Assembly (NCBI GenBank): GCA_964187785.1
Contig: OZ076409.1
Location: 64,232,001 to 64,296,000, forward strand
Source of the DNA: Amphiscolops sp. MND2022
Taxonomy: Eukaryota
Length of the DNA stretch: 64,000 bases
Reading direction: 5' to 3'
This document shows positions 9,961 to 21,479 of this stretch, piece after piece. Below the pieces are notes generated by a model. It was not told the DNA's origin. It did no database searches and worked only from the letters and a program-made list of their open reading frames with translations. Position numbers and translations under genes: made by a program. How positions within the stretch are numbered: the stretch's first letter is position 1; each line of letters starts with the position of its first letter.

Positions 9961-12900
9961 GTATTATGAGGTTTCAAACGTTCAAATTGGACTTTTTGTC
10001 CTGTGTCCAGGATGTATACACGCCCATCCTGGAGAGTATGAAAAATGCGATGCGGGCCACGCCAAACTCGCATCAATTTTGGTGAACCCTTTTGTGGAAC
10101 GTATCGACAAAAGACCCAGACCAACTCGCCAGGTTTATAGGCTTTGGCAAAATTAGAAAAGTGGTCAATGATGACTAAGATACCTGTGTTTCCATCATCG
10201 GTGGGGCAAGGCTTCATATGATCGTACTGGACCAACTCATTAAAGTACTCGCTTTGAATATTCTTGAGATGGAACAGCACGTCCCCAGGTTTGTCTCGAA
10301 CCTGCTGGCACGTGAGACACTGGCTCACGTACTCGCCCAAGGTGCGGCGAATGCCAGGCCAGGTGTGGCGTTCCTGTATTCGCGCCACGACTTTGCCGAT
10401 GCCTTGGTGACCCATAGCATCGTGGGCACGGAAGAGAATTTCATGTCGATATAACTGAGGCATCACAATCATGCAAGGGCGTTCATGAAGTGGACGTTGG
10501 GCTGGGGGGTATTTCACACAGAGCACGCCATTGGAATTTGGGAAAAGTAGCTCCTTCTTTTGCTTGAAATAGTTCCGGGCAAATGCACGTACGTCCTCGA
10601 GAAATATATCTTGATCGATTTTTTCCCCATTCACCAGTTTTTCGGGTACAAGGACATGCACGTCTCGATTCTGTGCGAGGAGTAAGTCCTTGATGCCATG
10701 AACCGTGTGGGTATGCTCGTGCAGCTCGGTACTCACACTGTGAACAGCCAGTGCGGCTTGCCTGATGTGACCTGGGACATTTTGCATGGTCACTCCGTCA
10801 GAGTTTGCTAGGTCGTAGGTGGTACGCGAGGGCACGTGGGTAATGTGCGTGGGCAGCAGATACTCATGATGAGCTTCTTCAGTCACATCAATCCAGTCCT
10901 CTGGATAGTCGGGATAGAAGTTTTCGTGAGCATGAAGGATTGCGGGTGGCGGTTGCGGCAAAGGTGCTTCCAGTGCTTTCTGCCGTTGGTCTCGTCGTCG
11001 GCTACGTTGTGCGCGGCAGATCACGCGTTGGACAATATCAACAGGTGTGGGCTGCAGGTTTTTGAGATGCTCAGGTAGCTCAGGATGGTTCGGGATAATC
11101 CGGCCTTGTAGATCGAACCAAGGTGCTGTGGGCAGCTGTTCGTATTCATCTTGAGATAAGAAATGCCAGCGCTCTGCTACTGGGGGCAGCTTTTCGAGTT
11201 GTTGCTCCCTCCATCGGTAGTCGTTTGTTCGTTTGGACAATCCATCGGCATTGCGATGTTGCGTTGGGGGTCGATGTTCGACCCGGAAGTGGTATTTTTC
11301 CAGCGTCATGATCCCTCACCAATCAGGGCTTGGTCAGTAGAATACGTTTTGAGCCACGAGAGGGCCTGATTGTCCACGCTCAACGTGAACTTACGCAGGC
11401 AAAGGTAGCTCTGTGATTCTTCACAATGAAGTGATGAGCAGCGAACATTTCCAGTTTAGGCGCTTCGTATTTGACTTGCGTAGCGGTGAGCTTCTTGCTA
11501 CCATAGAGTATTGGACGTAAACGTCGCTCTCCAGGTGGGCCTTGCCACTGGTGGAGGATGCCAGAGATGGCGACAGCACTAGCATCGGTATCCAGAACAA
11601 ATTCGCCTTCCGAATCCAGTTGCGCCAGCGCGGTGGCATCGATGAGCGCTTTTTTATTTCATTGAAGGCAAGCTGTTGTTCGGATCCCCAAGCAAAGGTA
11701 GCGTTGAGGCCAGTGATAGCATGCAAGGGGCCACCAGTTTGGCATGCCAGGGAATGATCTCGCGGTAATAATTGGCAAAGCCTAGGAAGCTTTGCATTTC
11801 TGTCTTGTTACGCGGAACTTCCCAGTCGCGCAGCTTTGCAACGGCCTTGGGGTCGGGCTTTATCCCTTCCGCGGACACTACGCGACCGAGGTACTTGATT
11901 TCGGACTTCATCAAATCGCACTTAGCAACTCGCATCTTGAAGCCAGCCTCGCGCAAGCAATTGAAAACCTCACGGAGAGGTATCATGTCGTCTTCCACGG
12001 TTTCAGTGGCGATGACTATATCATCTATGTAGGCCATAACCATGCTACCTTCACGATTTACGATGTTGCGTAGTGCTCGTGTTATTGCTCTTTGGAAGGT
12101 GGCAGAGGCATTGCACATGCGAAAGGGCATGCGTCTCTACTCGAACAACCCTAACTCACAGGCAAAGGCGGTTTTTTGGCGGTCAGCTTTCCGAACCGGT
12201 TTTTACCAAAATGCCCAAGCTAGATCTATGCTAGTGTAGATTTTAGCTTTGCCTAGCCTGGCTAGGCTCTCATCGATGCGAGGCAATGGATATGCATCCT
12301 TTACGGTGACCTCATTCAAAGTGCGGAAGTCACAGCAGAAGCGTATCTCGCCGTTCTTTTTCTTCACCATCACAATTCCGCTTGCCCAAGGGGACAAGAA
12401 AGGTTGGATCATTCCCAACGCAAGCAAGTTGCGCACTTCCTGATTACCCCGTTCGGCTTTTTCAGGAGACATGCGCCTTGCACCCTCGCGGTGAGGTATG
12501 GCGCCTGGTTCTACCTCCACTGGATGCTTGGCTATGGTGCATCGACCAATGTCAGCTTTGTGTTTCATGAACAAATCATTAAACTCTATAAGAATGTTCT
12601 CAAGCGCTCTACAGGCCGCTGGGCCCAGAGGTCCTGGACCTCCTTAAGCTGTGACTCAGGTCCCGGTATGGGAGCCATAAGCTCTGGGTCCGCGCGCTTG
12701 CGTATCTCATGATCCGAGAGACCTGCTTCGGTTGGCTCAGTTGAAGACAAAAATTCAAATTCGGACGAAGAGGTTAATTGAGAAACAGTACTATAGTTCA
12801 TTTTCTCATAAACTCTATTTACAAACGAAAGATGGTCGTTTTTGACCTCAGTTTTGGGGTTGTCCGGTGTTTGCTGAGGAATGGCCTGGTAGACCAAGGA

Positions 12901-14059
12901 GACCGGTACTACATGGCCCAGCCGAGTTCCCTTCCGCACCCGTTGAGGGTTACTTGTTAGATTCATCAGGCTGACGAACATCAAGCCTGACTCGCTGACA
13001 GTGGCGACGCTGTCCTCTAAAAACACAACATTGTGCAATGACGCGTCAGCAATGGCTGCGTTCAAGGCTACACTTTGAAAGATCAATGGTTCAAGCGTGT
13101 CAGTGATGAGCTTAGCTTTAACCACTGTGCGCTCGAAAAGCTGTAGGACTAGATCGCTGTCCAAGGCAACCGGGGTAGCTAACGAAGTATCACCTACCTG
13201 TGCGTGTGCATGATGCCAAACGGGCTTCATGGGTGCTCGCACAACGATCTTCATGGACGTGAGATCCACCAGGACCTGATAGGAACGGAGGAAGTTCCGG
13301 CCTAGCAGAAAGTCCTCCACACACATTGCATCGTCCACTACGACAAAGTTGGTTTCAAGTTCGTACCCTCCTAATTGGAAACGAATCTGCTCGGCTATCC
13401 AAAGGTCTTTATTGTTTTTCCATTAGCAGCATACAAGTCGATTTGATAGGGCTTTAGGACAGTACCGGTCCGAGCAGCTACTCGATTGAAGGCGGAGAAC
13501 GTAGATATCGATACGCCTGAACCGGTGTCCACCAGTCCACGTAGTGGGACAGGTGCCGCATGGGGCACTACGAAAGAAACAACAAGTGACGCACGTTCGT
13601 CAATACGTGCCTCACCAGTGGGTTCCTGGTGGTTGATGTTGTAGCACTTCAGTTCTTGGGGACCCAGACATTGGCCAGGTGGGAACACATCCACCGCCAC
13701 ACAGGCTTCAAACGTTACATCCACACCATCCATGGTGGCACAGATTGGCACTGGGGAATACGTCGTCAGGGTTTCAGAATCTCCGGGGGCGTACCATTCT
13801 TTGCGACGGGGCAACTCAACTCTAACATCAGGTGAATCGAGATCAACGTCCGTCCTTGTGGGTCGAACGTGGTATGCTCTAAGCAGGTTTGGACTTGCTT
13901 GGCACCGCAAGTAATTGTTAGCGGGGTGTAGAATGCTGGCAGTTCCGCCGGATGTAGCATCAATACGCGATCATCCTCTAAGGGTACTGTGTGCGCAGCG
14001 ACGCCAGCCGACTCAACCTCGGCCCATCGGTTGTAGGCGAATTCGTCATTGGGTTTCAA
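9924..14059 (-). pseudogene. pol: E1 pol: protease, dUTPase-like spacer, RT, RNase H, integrase with core deleted
   Basis: LVDTGSG and LLGRNFL (PR); SIDLAWAFW and AYIDDIVI (RT); DTDAS, LEM, VDNQAL and NADGLSK (RH); HDAMGH..CLTC (IN zinc finger); GPY/F-like WRGPHRI. Several frameshifts. Confidence 0.95.
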
Positions 14060-16544
14060 GGAGTGAGAGTGTTACCGCATTGCGCATCCGCATGATCAAA
14101 AATTCCACAGTTGCTGCATTGACGAATTCCGGGATAGCCTTCCAGAACACCATCAGTCACATCTTCGGCAGTGACTTTCACGCCTTCAGGCTCGGGGACA
14201 GCCAGTGGTTTACGAGCTTGGTCGCGATTAGGGCAGTCTCGAGCAAAGTGCCCAGTTTGGCCACAATTAAAGCAAGCACCCAAGGGTAAACTCACGGCAG
14301 GTTGTGCCGCTGCTTGATTTAGCGGGGCATTGCTCGCAGGTGGGGGGCATCACCCCTTGAGGTAGCACCATCTTGTTGGGGGTAGTGGTGCGAAAGGATG
14401 AGGCCTTGACCTCATGGCATATCGAGGGTCATAGGGTGCCGACCTTGGTCGAGTACGCTGCAGTTGCCGTGTTGTAAATCGCAATGATTCGACAGTGGGA
14501 GGCTCGGTGACCGTGGATTTGGACGCATAGATAATAGAGAGCTTCCTTCGTAGGGCTGGGTCACGAACACCTTCGATAAAGCGCTGCAAGAATTCATAAC
14601 GTTAAGTTGTGACGGACTCACCAGGGAAGCCTTGGCTTCGCAGCCCCTCCAATGCATCTTAATACTGCATCCAGTTTTCCCTGTCGGATTGCTGTCGCGT
14701 TGCAAAGGCCTGACGCATTTGCATGCGATTACCTCCCGTTCCGAATCGACTAGCTAACAAGTCAAAGACCTTTTCCGGTGTGTCTCTTTCAGACTCGGCC
14801 TTGTTGATGATGTAGTTTCTGGCTTCACCTTCTAGGTGCCCAATGATGCTCCATGCTTTGTCATCGGGGGTGGCTTTGGCCTGAGTGCGTTGGAGGTAGC
14901 GACGCATAACTAGGATCCAACCATCAATGGAACCCTCCTTTGAACCTCGGTAGACACTGGGCCTAGCCTGCGTCGGGTCACGCCCGGCCAGCAATGGGGC
15001 TAACTCTTTGGACATGGCCTTGGAAATTGCCGCGGTGAACTGTAACTGCTCTTGGGAGACTACTTCTCCTTCCTCACTAGGGGCGGGAGAATTGTCTCGA
15101 CTTCCCCTGGTGCCTTGCATGGACAGTTCACCATTTACGTCGTCCTTCTTACGAGTGATACTGGCGCAAGGGTCACCAGTGGGGACTCCCTCACTCGCAG
15201 TGAGGAACATTGAGGTGATACCTGCGGTTCCGCTTCTGGCAGTGGTGTAAACCTCGTCTTCGGCGCTGTTATCGCGTGAGCCAGCCGTTGCCTTGGTATC
15301 AGTTAGATCGACGGTTGATGAGGTAGTCGTCATGGGATCTACTGTTCGATTTGGGGTGCGAGTAAATGTTGGTGCCGGCGGTAGCGACACGCTACTAAGT
15401 GGGTTGGGTGCGCACACGTGCACTTTGTTGGTCTTCTTGCCGGTCGGTGGCGGTTTGGACACTCTGGGTTCAGACTTGGGGCTCGTTTTCAACGTGATCG
15501 GTTGATTGGGAGTGCGCATAGGCACGGTTTTGCTGGTAGATGCGATGGGTTCGGCGGCCTTGGGTTGCTTATCGGCAGGTGCCGCAGTGCGGGATGCAGC
15601 GCTCAGGGTATGCATCTGGTTGTTAAGCTCCGCCATCTGGACTTCCATGCGCAGTTCGCGTTGGAGGAGCATGTCCTTCATCTCTTCCAGACGATACCCC
15701 AAGGCGTCAACCTTGGCTGCTTGCACTGTTGCTGTTGTGTGGCAGCCCTCAGGCTTTCCTTTACCGAGGTCTGCATAGCTTCCAGTTCCGCAGTGATAGA
15801 TTGGTGTTGTTCATTGGACTCAGCGCGGGTGTCGGCTAAACGTGCCAAGGCCCGCTGGGCTTCGGCTTCCGCCTTGAGCATCGCGGTCCTTGCTGCTGCC
15901 GCCTCCTCGACGGCTCTGTACGTCGAGGAACGTCGCGAAGAGGTGCTCGACGTGGTGCCATCGCGATAAGAAGAGGCACTGTCACGGGCCAATTCTTCTT
16001 GCACGCACAATGTGGGAGGGCGTGTCTTCTGTTTGCCAGCGCTTTTGGCTCGGCTTGCCTCGAGCCGGTATTTAGCATATTTCATGCCGCCTACGTAGGT
16101 CATATTCTCTACGACCGCCGCAGTGTCGTTACTGGCTGGACTATCATCGTCTCGGGGTGGTCTTGAGCACCCATTACCGGCAGGGGTCATCTGCGCTGCC
16201 GTTTGATTTAAGTTGGATCAGAACCCCGCGGTTTGAGGCGACACCAATTCACCCCGATTGTCTTGGATCCACTGTCCCGTGCGGATAAGCTCATTGGGTA
16301 CAGGCGAATCCCCACGATAGAGAGTCATGGCATTCTGCTCCTCTCGTCGCTGCTGATCGGCAGTTACGCAATCACTTATTGCTTCTGAAAAGGAAGAACC
16401 GGTTACCAAGGAATCCACAGAGGACCATGCCGTTAGGCTCAGTTCGCTAGTAGCGCTAGAGTCCTCTCGTTAGATTGAACTCGTTTCTTGCGCATCATCC
16501 ATGTCCACGGCATTGCTGGTGCTGGACTCGCTAGTCCTCGACAT
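14056..16544 (-). pseudogene. gag: E1 gag: coiled coil, capsid-like region, two zinc knuckles
   Basis: YRGSKEGSIDGW..HLEGEARNY..FGTG (retrotransposon capsid pattern), CFNCGQTGHFARDC and CSNCGIFDHADAQC. Broken by stops and frameshifts; start inferred at ATG 16544. Confidence 0.88.
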
Positions 16545-17940
16545 CCCGCGCGCGAGCAGTTTGACAATGGCCGCTACACTGGTCCAGAACATGATGTATC
16601 AATCGGACGACCGCGCAGTGATTTGAATCGACGTACCGATGACGGCCAATCCGACAATTGATAGGCTATGTGGTCACGCGAAATCTTGTCCGATACACCC
16701 CTGCAAGGTTCATCTTCCGTAAGAGGAGTTCCGGGAACTCGGGAGATGCTTACGGCTCCCGCAATCTGCCCTCAGGGGTTCCCAGGGGGAGTCCGACCTC
16801 CAGTAGTTCCGGTGAGGACACAAGAAATTTTCGACACCTTAGCACGTTTCGGGAAGGTCGAAAACACTTCGAACGGTAGTATCGAGCTCAATTTTGCACA
16901 CGCAGTAGGTATTCACCCACAAGCTCCGAAAGTAAGCCTGGATTTACGCTAGGGGTGTGTGGAGATCAGTGCGGAACGTTTTCTACACTCTCACTATTTT
17001 CTCAGATTTTGCAAAAAAAAACACAAGTGGCTCGTATTCGTCACTCAACAGTCATATCTGGCTCAAATATGGCCAAGAGATCCTACACACACGTAGGTAC
17101 ACGATGGTGAACGCCGATTTGGGTTCCTTGACTTGTGCGCACTTTGCCCTGGGTACAGACGTGCGGTACTCCTGTGTACCAATAGGGGTCAAAATGCACT
17201 CTTATCACGCAACTTCTAGACACTGGCAATTGCCAGCGGGCTAGTTTTTTTTGCTAGCAGTGTGCCAACTAGTATTGGTTACGTTGGTGAGCATTAAACT
17301 GTTCCTACTCTCCAGCTAAGTTGTTCGGGGTTTTCAAAAAAAAAACTTTGCAAAAATGGCCTTTTTGCACCCCTTTTTGAGCAGTACTTTTCGTGCTATT
17401 TCTCGACGACTATCGTGTCAATCAAAACAAAACTTGGCACGCGTTGCCAGTGGGCACCTACAATGCCGGTTTGATAGTCCAATTGAAGCGCCTTGGCTTA
17501 TTTGGGACTTCGGCTAAGTACCGACACGATCTTAGAAAAAGCGGTCTTTTTTTCGACACTTTTCTCACAAATCGGCTAAGAGGGTCGACACTACAAATGT
17601 TGCGGCAGGCTCAGTGGGTTTAACGTGTTGCCCCACTGGTCACAGCACCTCCACCAACTACTAATTGGCCGTGCCCTTTCTGTGTAAGACACTATTGGTT
17701 CGACAGTTTTGGCTTTTTTCGGTTATTTCGGTGCTGTCTGAGGTCGAAACGTCAGAGGATTTTTCTCAACGTTGGTTAGCGCTAGGGCAATCAAACTTTT
17801 GGCACTAGCGTTAATTGTGGCGGTGGTTACGAAAATGCAACCAGTTTTTAGCTAGGGTTCGGGAATCAATGACCCGACCCTAACAATTGGACAGTCCGGT
17901 TCTGTTTAAATTCGGCCAAATTCTGTGCGTTTTTCCACTT

Positions 17941-18212
17941 TTCTCAGCACTGAATGGGAGTTTTTACATACAGTTTTCACCAGTACACGTTGTTTTTTAT
18001 AGAAAAACAGGAAATGAGAGCGCATAGGCTCCTGGATAACAAAAAGACGGAGTGCCCTAGGGGTTTTAGTTGTGTACTCAGACACTCCTGATAGTTACTA
18101 AAAGTCAAGGTTTTTCAACTTTTCTCAGCACTGAAAAAGAATTTTTGCACGCGGTTTTCACCACAATGCGTTATTTTTATTGTACAAACAGAAAATGAGA
18201 GCGCTTGGGCTC
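17941..18212. repeat. Diverged direct repeat, offset about 181 bp, in the E1 5' leader
   Basis: TTCTCAGCACTGA..GTTTTCACCA..GAAATGAGAGCGC..GGCTC at 17941-18032 and again at 18122-18212. Confidence 0.75.
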
Positions 18213-19366
18213 GCAGAAATAGTAAAGGGTTGAGTTCAATAAATTTTTTACGCTACGTCCAACTAGGCCACAAACGGCCTAATATGCAAGACTTTCGCTT
18301 TCTTGCTGCTTCTATACCAGTTAAACAGTTACTGAAAGTTATTTACGGTACCCTAGGGTTGTGACTCGCTCAAGAAACTACTTTACAGCGGTACCCCAGG
18401 CTTCTACACTTAGTCACTGTGGTGTTTTTAGGGTGTTTTTTACAGTTATTCTCACTTTTCGCACTTTTTCACAGGAAATTCCAACTTTTTCACCTAAAAG
18501 GGGCAACGGGGACGCTTGCCCGTTATTTTTCCTTGCTCCCTCAGGCTTTGAGGCAAATTTTGCCATCATTCTGGAAGGGCTACGTTGGACTTACGGAGCA
18601 CTCTTGCTCCAACCAATGAAAACACTCAAAAACACGAATTTTCGCTGTTTTTTTTGGAAATTCTCTGTTTTCTTCGCTCAAAAGCGTTCCATAGGGTGTC
18701 GTTACATCGTCAAATAGTGTGACTGACCTGAATGATTCCCCATAAAAAAGACGCAATTTCAAAATTTTCAGGGACCATGACCTATCTGAACGACACATCT
18801 GGTCCAAGGGGGTGTACCTTCGCCACGCAATTTCTCCACATCCAGACCAGTTAGAGACTTGCGGTTTGGACCGTTAGTTTCGTCAGGAGTGGTACTAGCT
18901 GTCCACCAAATTTCACTTCTCACGGACGTCGCCACGAGAAATGGGTAACGGCGAACCATAGCACTCAATTTCACCTCCCCGTCGCTCGGGTGGAGTATGG
19001 ATTTTCCACCATCGGTACCTGTCTTGCATAGCTCAAAAAGCTGAAAAAGGCTAGAAAAACCGGTTAAACACCCGTAGCCACGTGCTACGGTAGCCATAAC
19101 CTGCAAAACATGTACCCGCTGAAGGGCTAACAACATGACATCACACAACATACATTTACGGGTTTTTCAACCTCAAAAATGCCATTTTCATACCTGAAAA
19201 CGCATCTTTCTCGGGTTATTCTGGGCTTTCTTCGTTCCAGCTGCTAGGAATACGCATGAACGTTAAAATAAAGGAAAACTCTGGATTCTCCCACAGAAAC
19301 TGTCTTGGCGCTAAAAACCAGAGGGTCAGAAATTTTAATAACGATGCAGGAAAGCTTCCCAAAGAC

Positions 19367-19385
19367 GATCCCTCTGTGGTCGCCA
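19367..19385 (-). other. E1 primer-binding site, probably tRNA-Arg
   Basis: Minus strand TGGCGACCACAGAGGGATC resembles the complement of animal tRNA-Arg(UCG) 3' ends (..CCCTTCGTGGTCGCCA). Confidence 0.7.
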
Positions 19386-19400
19386 AAAAATGAAGTTCCA

Positions 19401-20129
19401 TGTAACGGCAAGCGCTAAGCGTTTGGGACGAAACATTGGAGTGAAGGAACTGACACTATGGATATGGTCCGGGAGAAACCACCATAGTACCAGCTCACTT
19501 TGTCCTCCTGTGGGTAGCCGGTCCCGAGGAGGGGGCACCGTCCTAAGGGATGCTCTCTGACCTGTTCCAGTCTTTAACTGCTGAGAATAACGGGCATTAT
19601 GCTTTTTCTCTTCACAACCACCGTCTAAACAGCCTATAAAAATGGGGCTAGTTGCATAGAACTCAATTGAATCGTTCAGAATCGTAAATAGCATCAAAAG
19701 CTCTCGAATAACACATAAATCAAACAAATCATTAAAACAGCCTCATAAAAGAGTTAAATCCAGTCTTTGGCGAGCAGTTGAGTCTAGGTGGCATAGCACC
19801 GGCGGTTCTTGGGCTGATCACAACCCTGGGTCCGGAAATGGCAATTATCTCAGCATATGGGTGGTCTGGTACGATACATTTTCATCTTGTCACCGTGGGT
19901 TTTCTCGAAGTTAAGCGCATAGGCTAGGTTCTCGGGCCATTTCGCAGGTCCATCTTACGCTTTTTCAGTTCTCTCCGCGTCGCGGGGTCTGCTCTTTCAG
20001 CTTTCTATGCTTTTCTAGGCAGGTACTTCGAAAGAAAACCATGTTCGAGTGCCACGTCATCCTTGAACGAATTTTTCAGCAAATTTCGAAAATTTCGAAA
20101 ATCGTCGTTGATCACAGGATGCCGTTACA
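19401..20129 (-). repeat. E1 5' LTR (about 730 bp; inner end is 19401 or 19391)
   Basis: 10-bp terminal inverted repeat TGTAACGGCA..TGCCGTTACA, adjacent PBS, and match to 1-158. Confidence 0.88.
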
Positions 20130-21272
20130 TAACTTCATACAGTTACAACAATTATGTTTCGTTTGTAGTGGTGATATTTTCGTCTCTTTAAATTATCGTT
20201 TAAGATTATCCATTTCTCCAACGATGCTTTTGTTTGTAGAGAAATGCTTGAAAATTTAGAACATACATATGCTTATTTGTCACCATACTGGTCCACTTGA
20301 TTTGTCTGATTGAAAAGTCTGAGAACTTTTGCTAAACTATCATGGACTATCGAAAACGTCTCAATCATGATTTTATTGGTGTCTTAGAACGTCTTTAGCG
20401 ATTACATCGGCTCGGAAAAAATCGTCACTCTGCTCGGTAACATTGAATAAATTTTCTTCCATTGGCATTCCTCACATGCCAATTTAAGAAATTTTTGCAT
20501 CCTGAATTGAATTAGCTTTTTACATTATTCACCATTCGAGCAAACTGTTTATAAACTTTGTTTGGAAAAGCGTTACGGAAGTATATTACTACAAATTATC
20601 ATCAATATTATCATATCTGCTTTATAGCTTTGGTCGTTTTTAAATGCACTTTTCACGCCAAAGGAGATCAAAAAATCATAGTGAGTCAAATATATATTTC
20701 TAACGAATATGTTAGGAAATACTTTCTCACAACCTGAAACTTGTACAGTAGACAAAAAGATGACATTTTTGAAAGTCAATTCCATGGAACAAGAACATGT
20801 TGGCTTGGGAAAAAACCTACAAATATTGTGGTTCCATCTGTAGAGCTCCCGGAGTTTTTGTATCCAGCAACGATTTCTCGCAAACAAATTAGGTTATTTG
20901 TTTTTGTACGACTCACGTCTTATATACACAGCTCACTCTAATTTTTGGTGGGAATGGCTATCTTATCCCCGGCAACTAGAGGTCACAGACATGACTAAAC
21001 TCCAAAGGCTTGAATTTGTTGACAAAGAAACCTCAAACAATACAAGAACGTCTCAAGTGGGCGCCCCGCTTGAGGCTCAGAGAGTGGAAAGTCTCAAATA
21101 TGCTCAGAGTAGCTTTAATGAAATTCTCAAATTTTCAGAGAGCAAAAATCCAAAAGGGCCCCATGTAACCATCCAAAAGTATCAATTTGGTAGATGAAAG
21201 CTTTTTATCGAAAAAAACGTTCTCAATAAACCACTGAAGAAAACAAGGAGGAGACCCTTGAGGCTCGTTTGA

Positions 21273-21470
21273 TGTGGTATTGCCTACGTATTCAGAAGGC
21301 TAGACAGAAACCATGAAAGTACCTGCATAGAATATTGACGTTGAACAATTTCATTTTACGTATGCGCTACCATAGATTTCAGTTTAGATGCTCTGTTGTT
21401 ATGATTTGATTTTACTGATTCTGATTCTGAAGAAAGTTTAGAAATTTCTCTTTTCTATTATTCTATTACA
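21273..21470 (+). repeat. E4 5' LTR
   Basis: TG..CA bounded, aligns with 26966-27163, followed by TGGCGCAGTC (tRNA-Ser-like PBS). Confidence 0.88.
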
Positions 21471-21479
21471 TGGCGCAGT

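Larger units (their letters stand above)
1..20129 (-). mobile_element. E1: about 20-kb Ty3/Gypsy LTR retrotransposon with accessory ORFs; left end runs off the window
   Basis: Bases 1-158 match 19972-20129 (about 5 mismatches). PPT lies next to the left LTR and a PBS next to the right LTR. Gag, PR, RT, RH and IN motifs occur in Gypsy order on the minus strand. Confidence 0.95.

Noticed and set aside
15418-15969. 183-aa plus-strand ORF and many 60-140-aa ORFs opposite E1 gag, pol and ORF2
   Set aside because: Shadow ORFs expected opposite GC-rich coding DNA; no motifs and no independent conservation.
17223-17236. Perfect 14-bp palindrome CTGGCAATTGCCAG in the E1 leader as an RNA dimerisation signal
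   Set aside because: About four such palindromes are expected by chance in 64 kb, and there is no other support.
20741-21197. Two short plus-strand ORFs as host exons
   Set aside because: No recognisable domain and no consistent splice chain.
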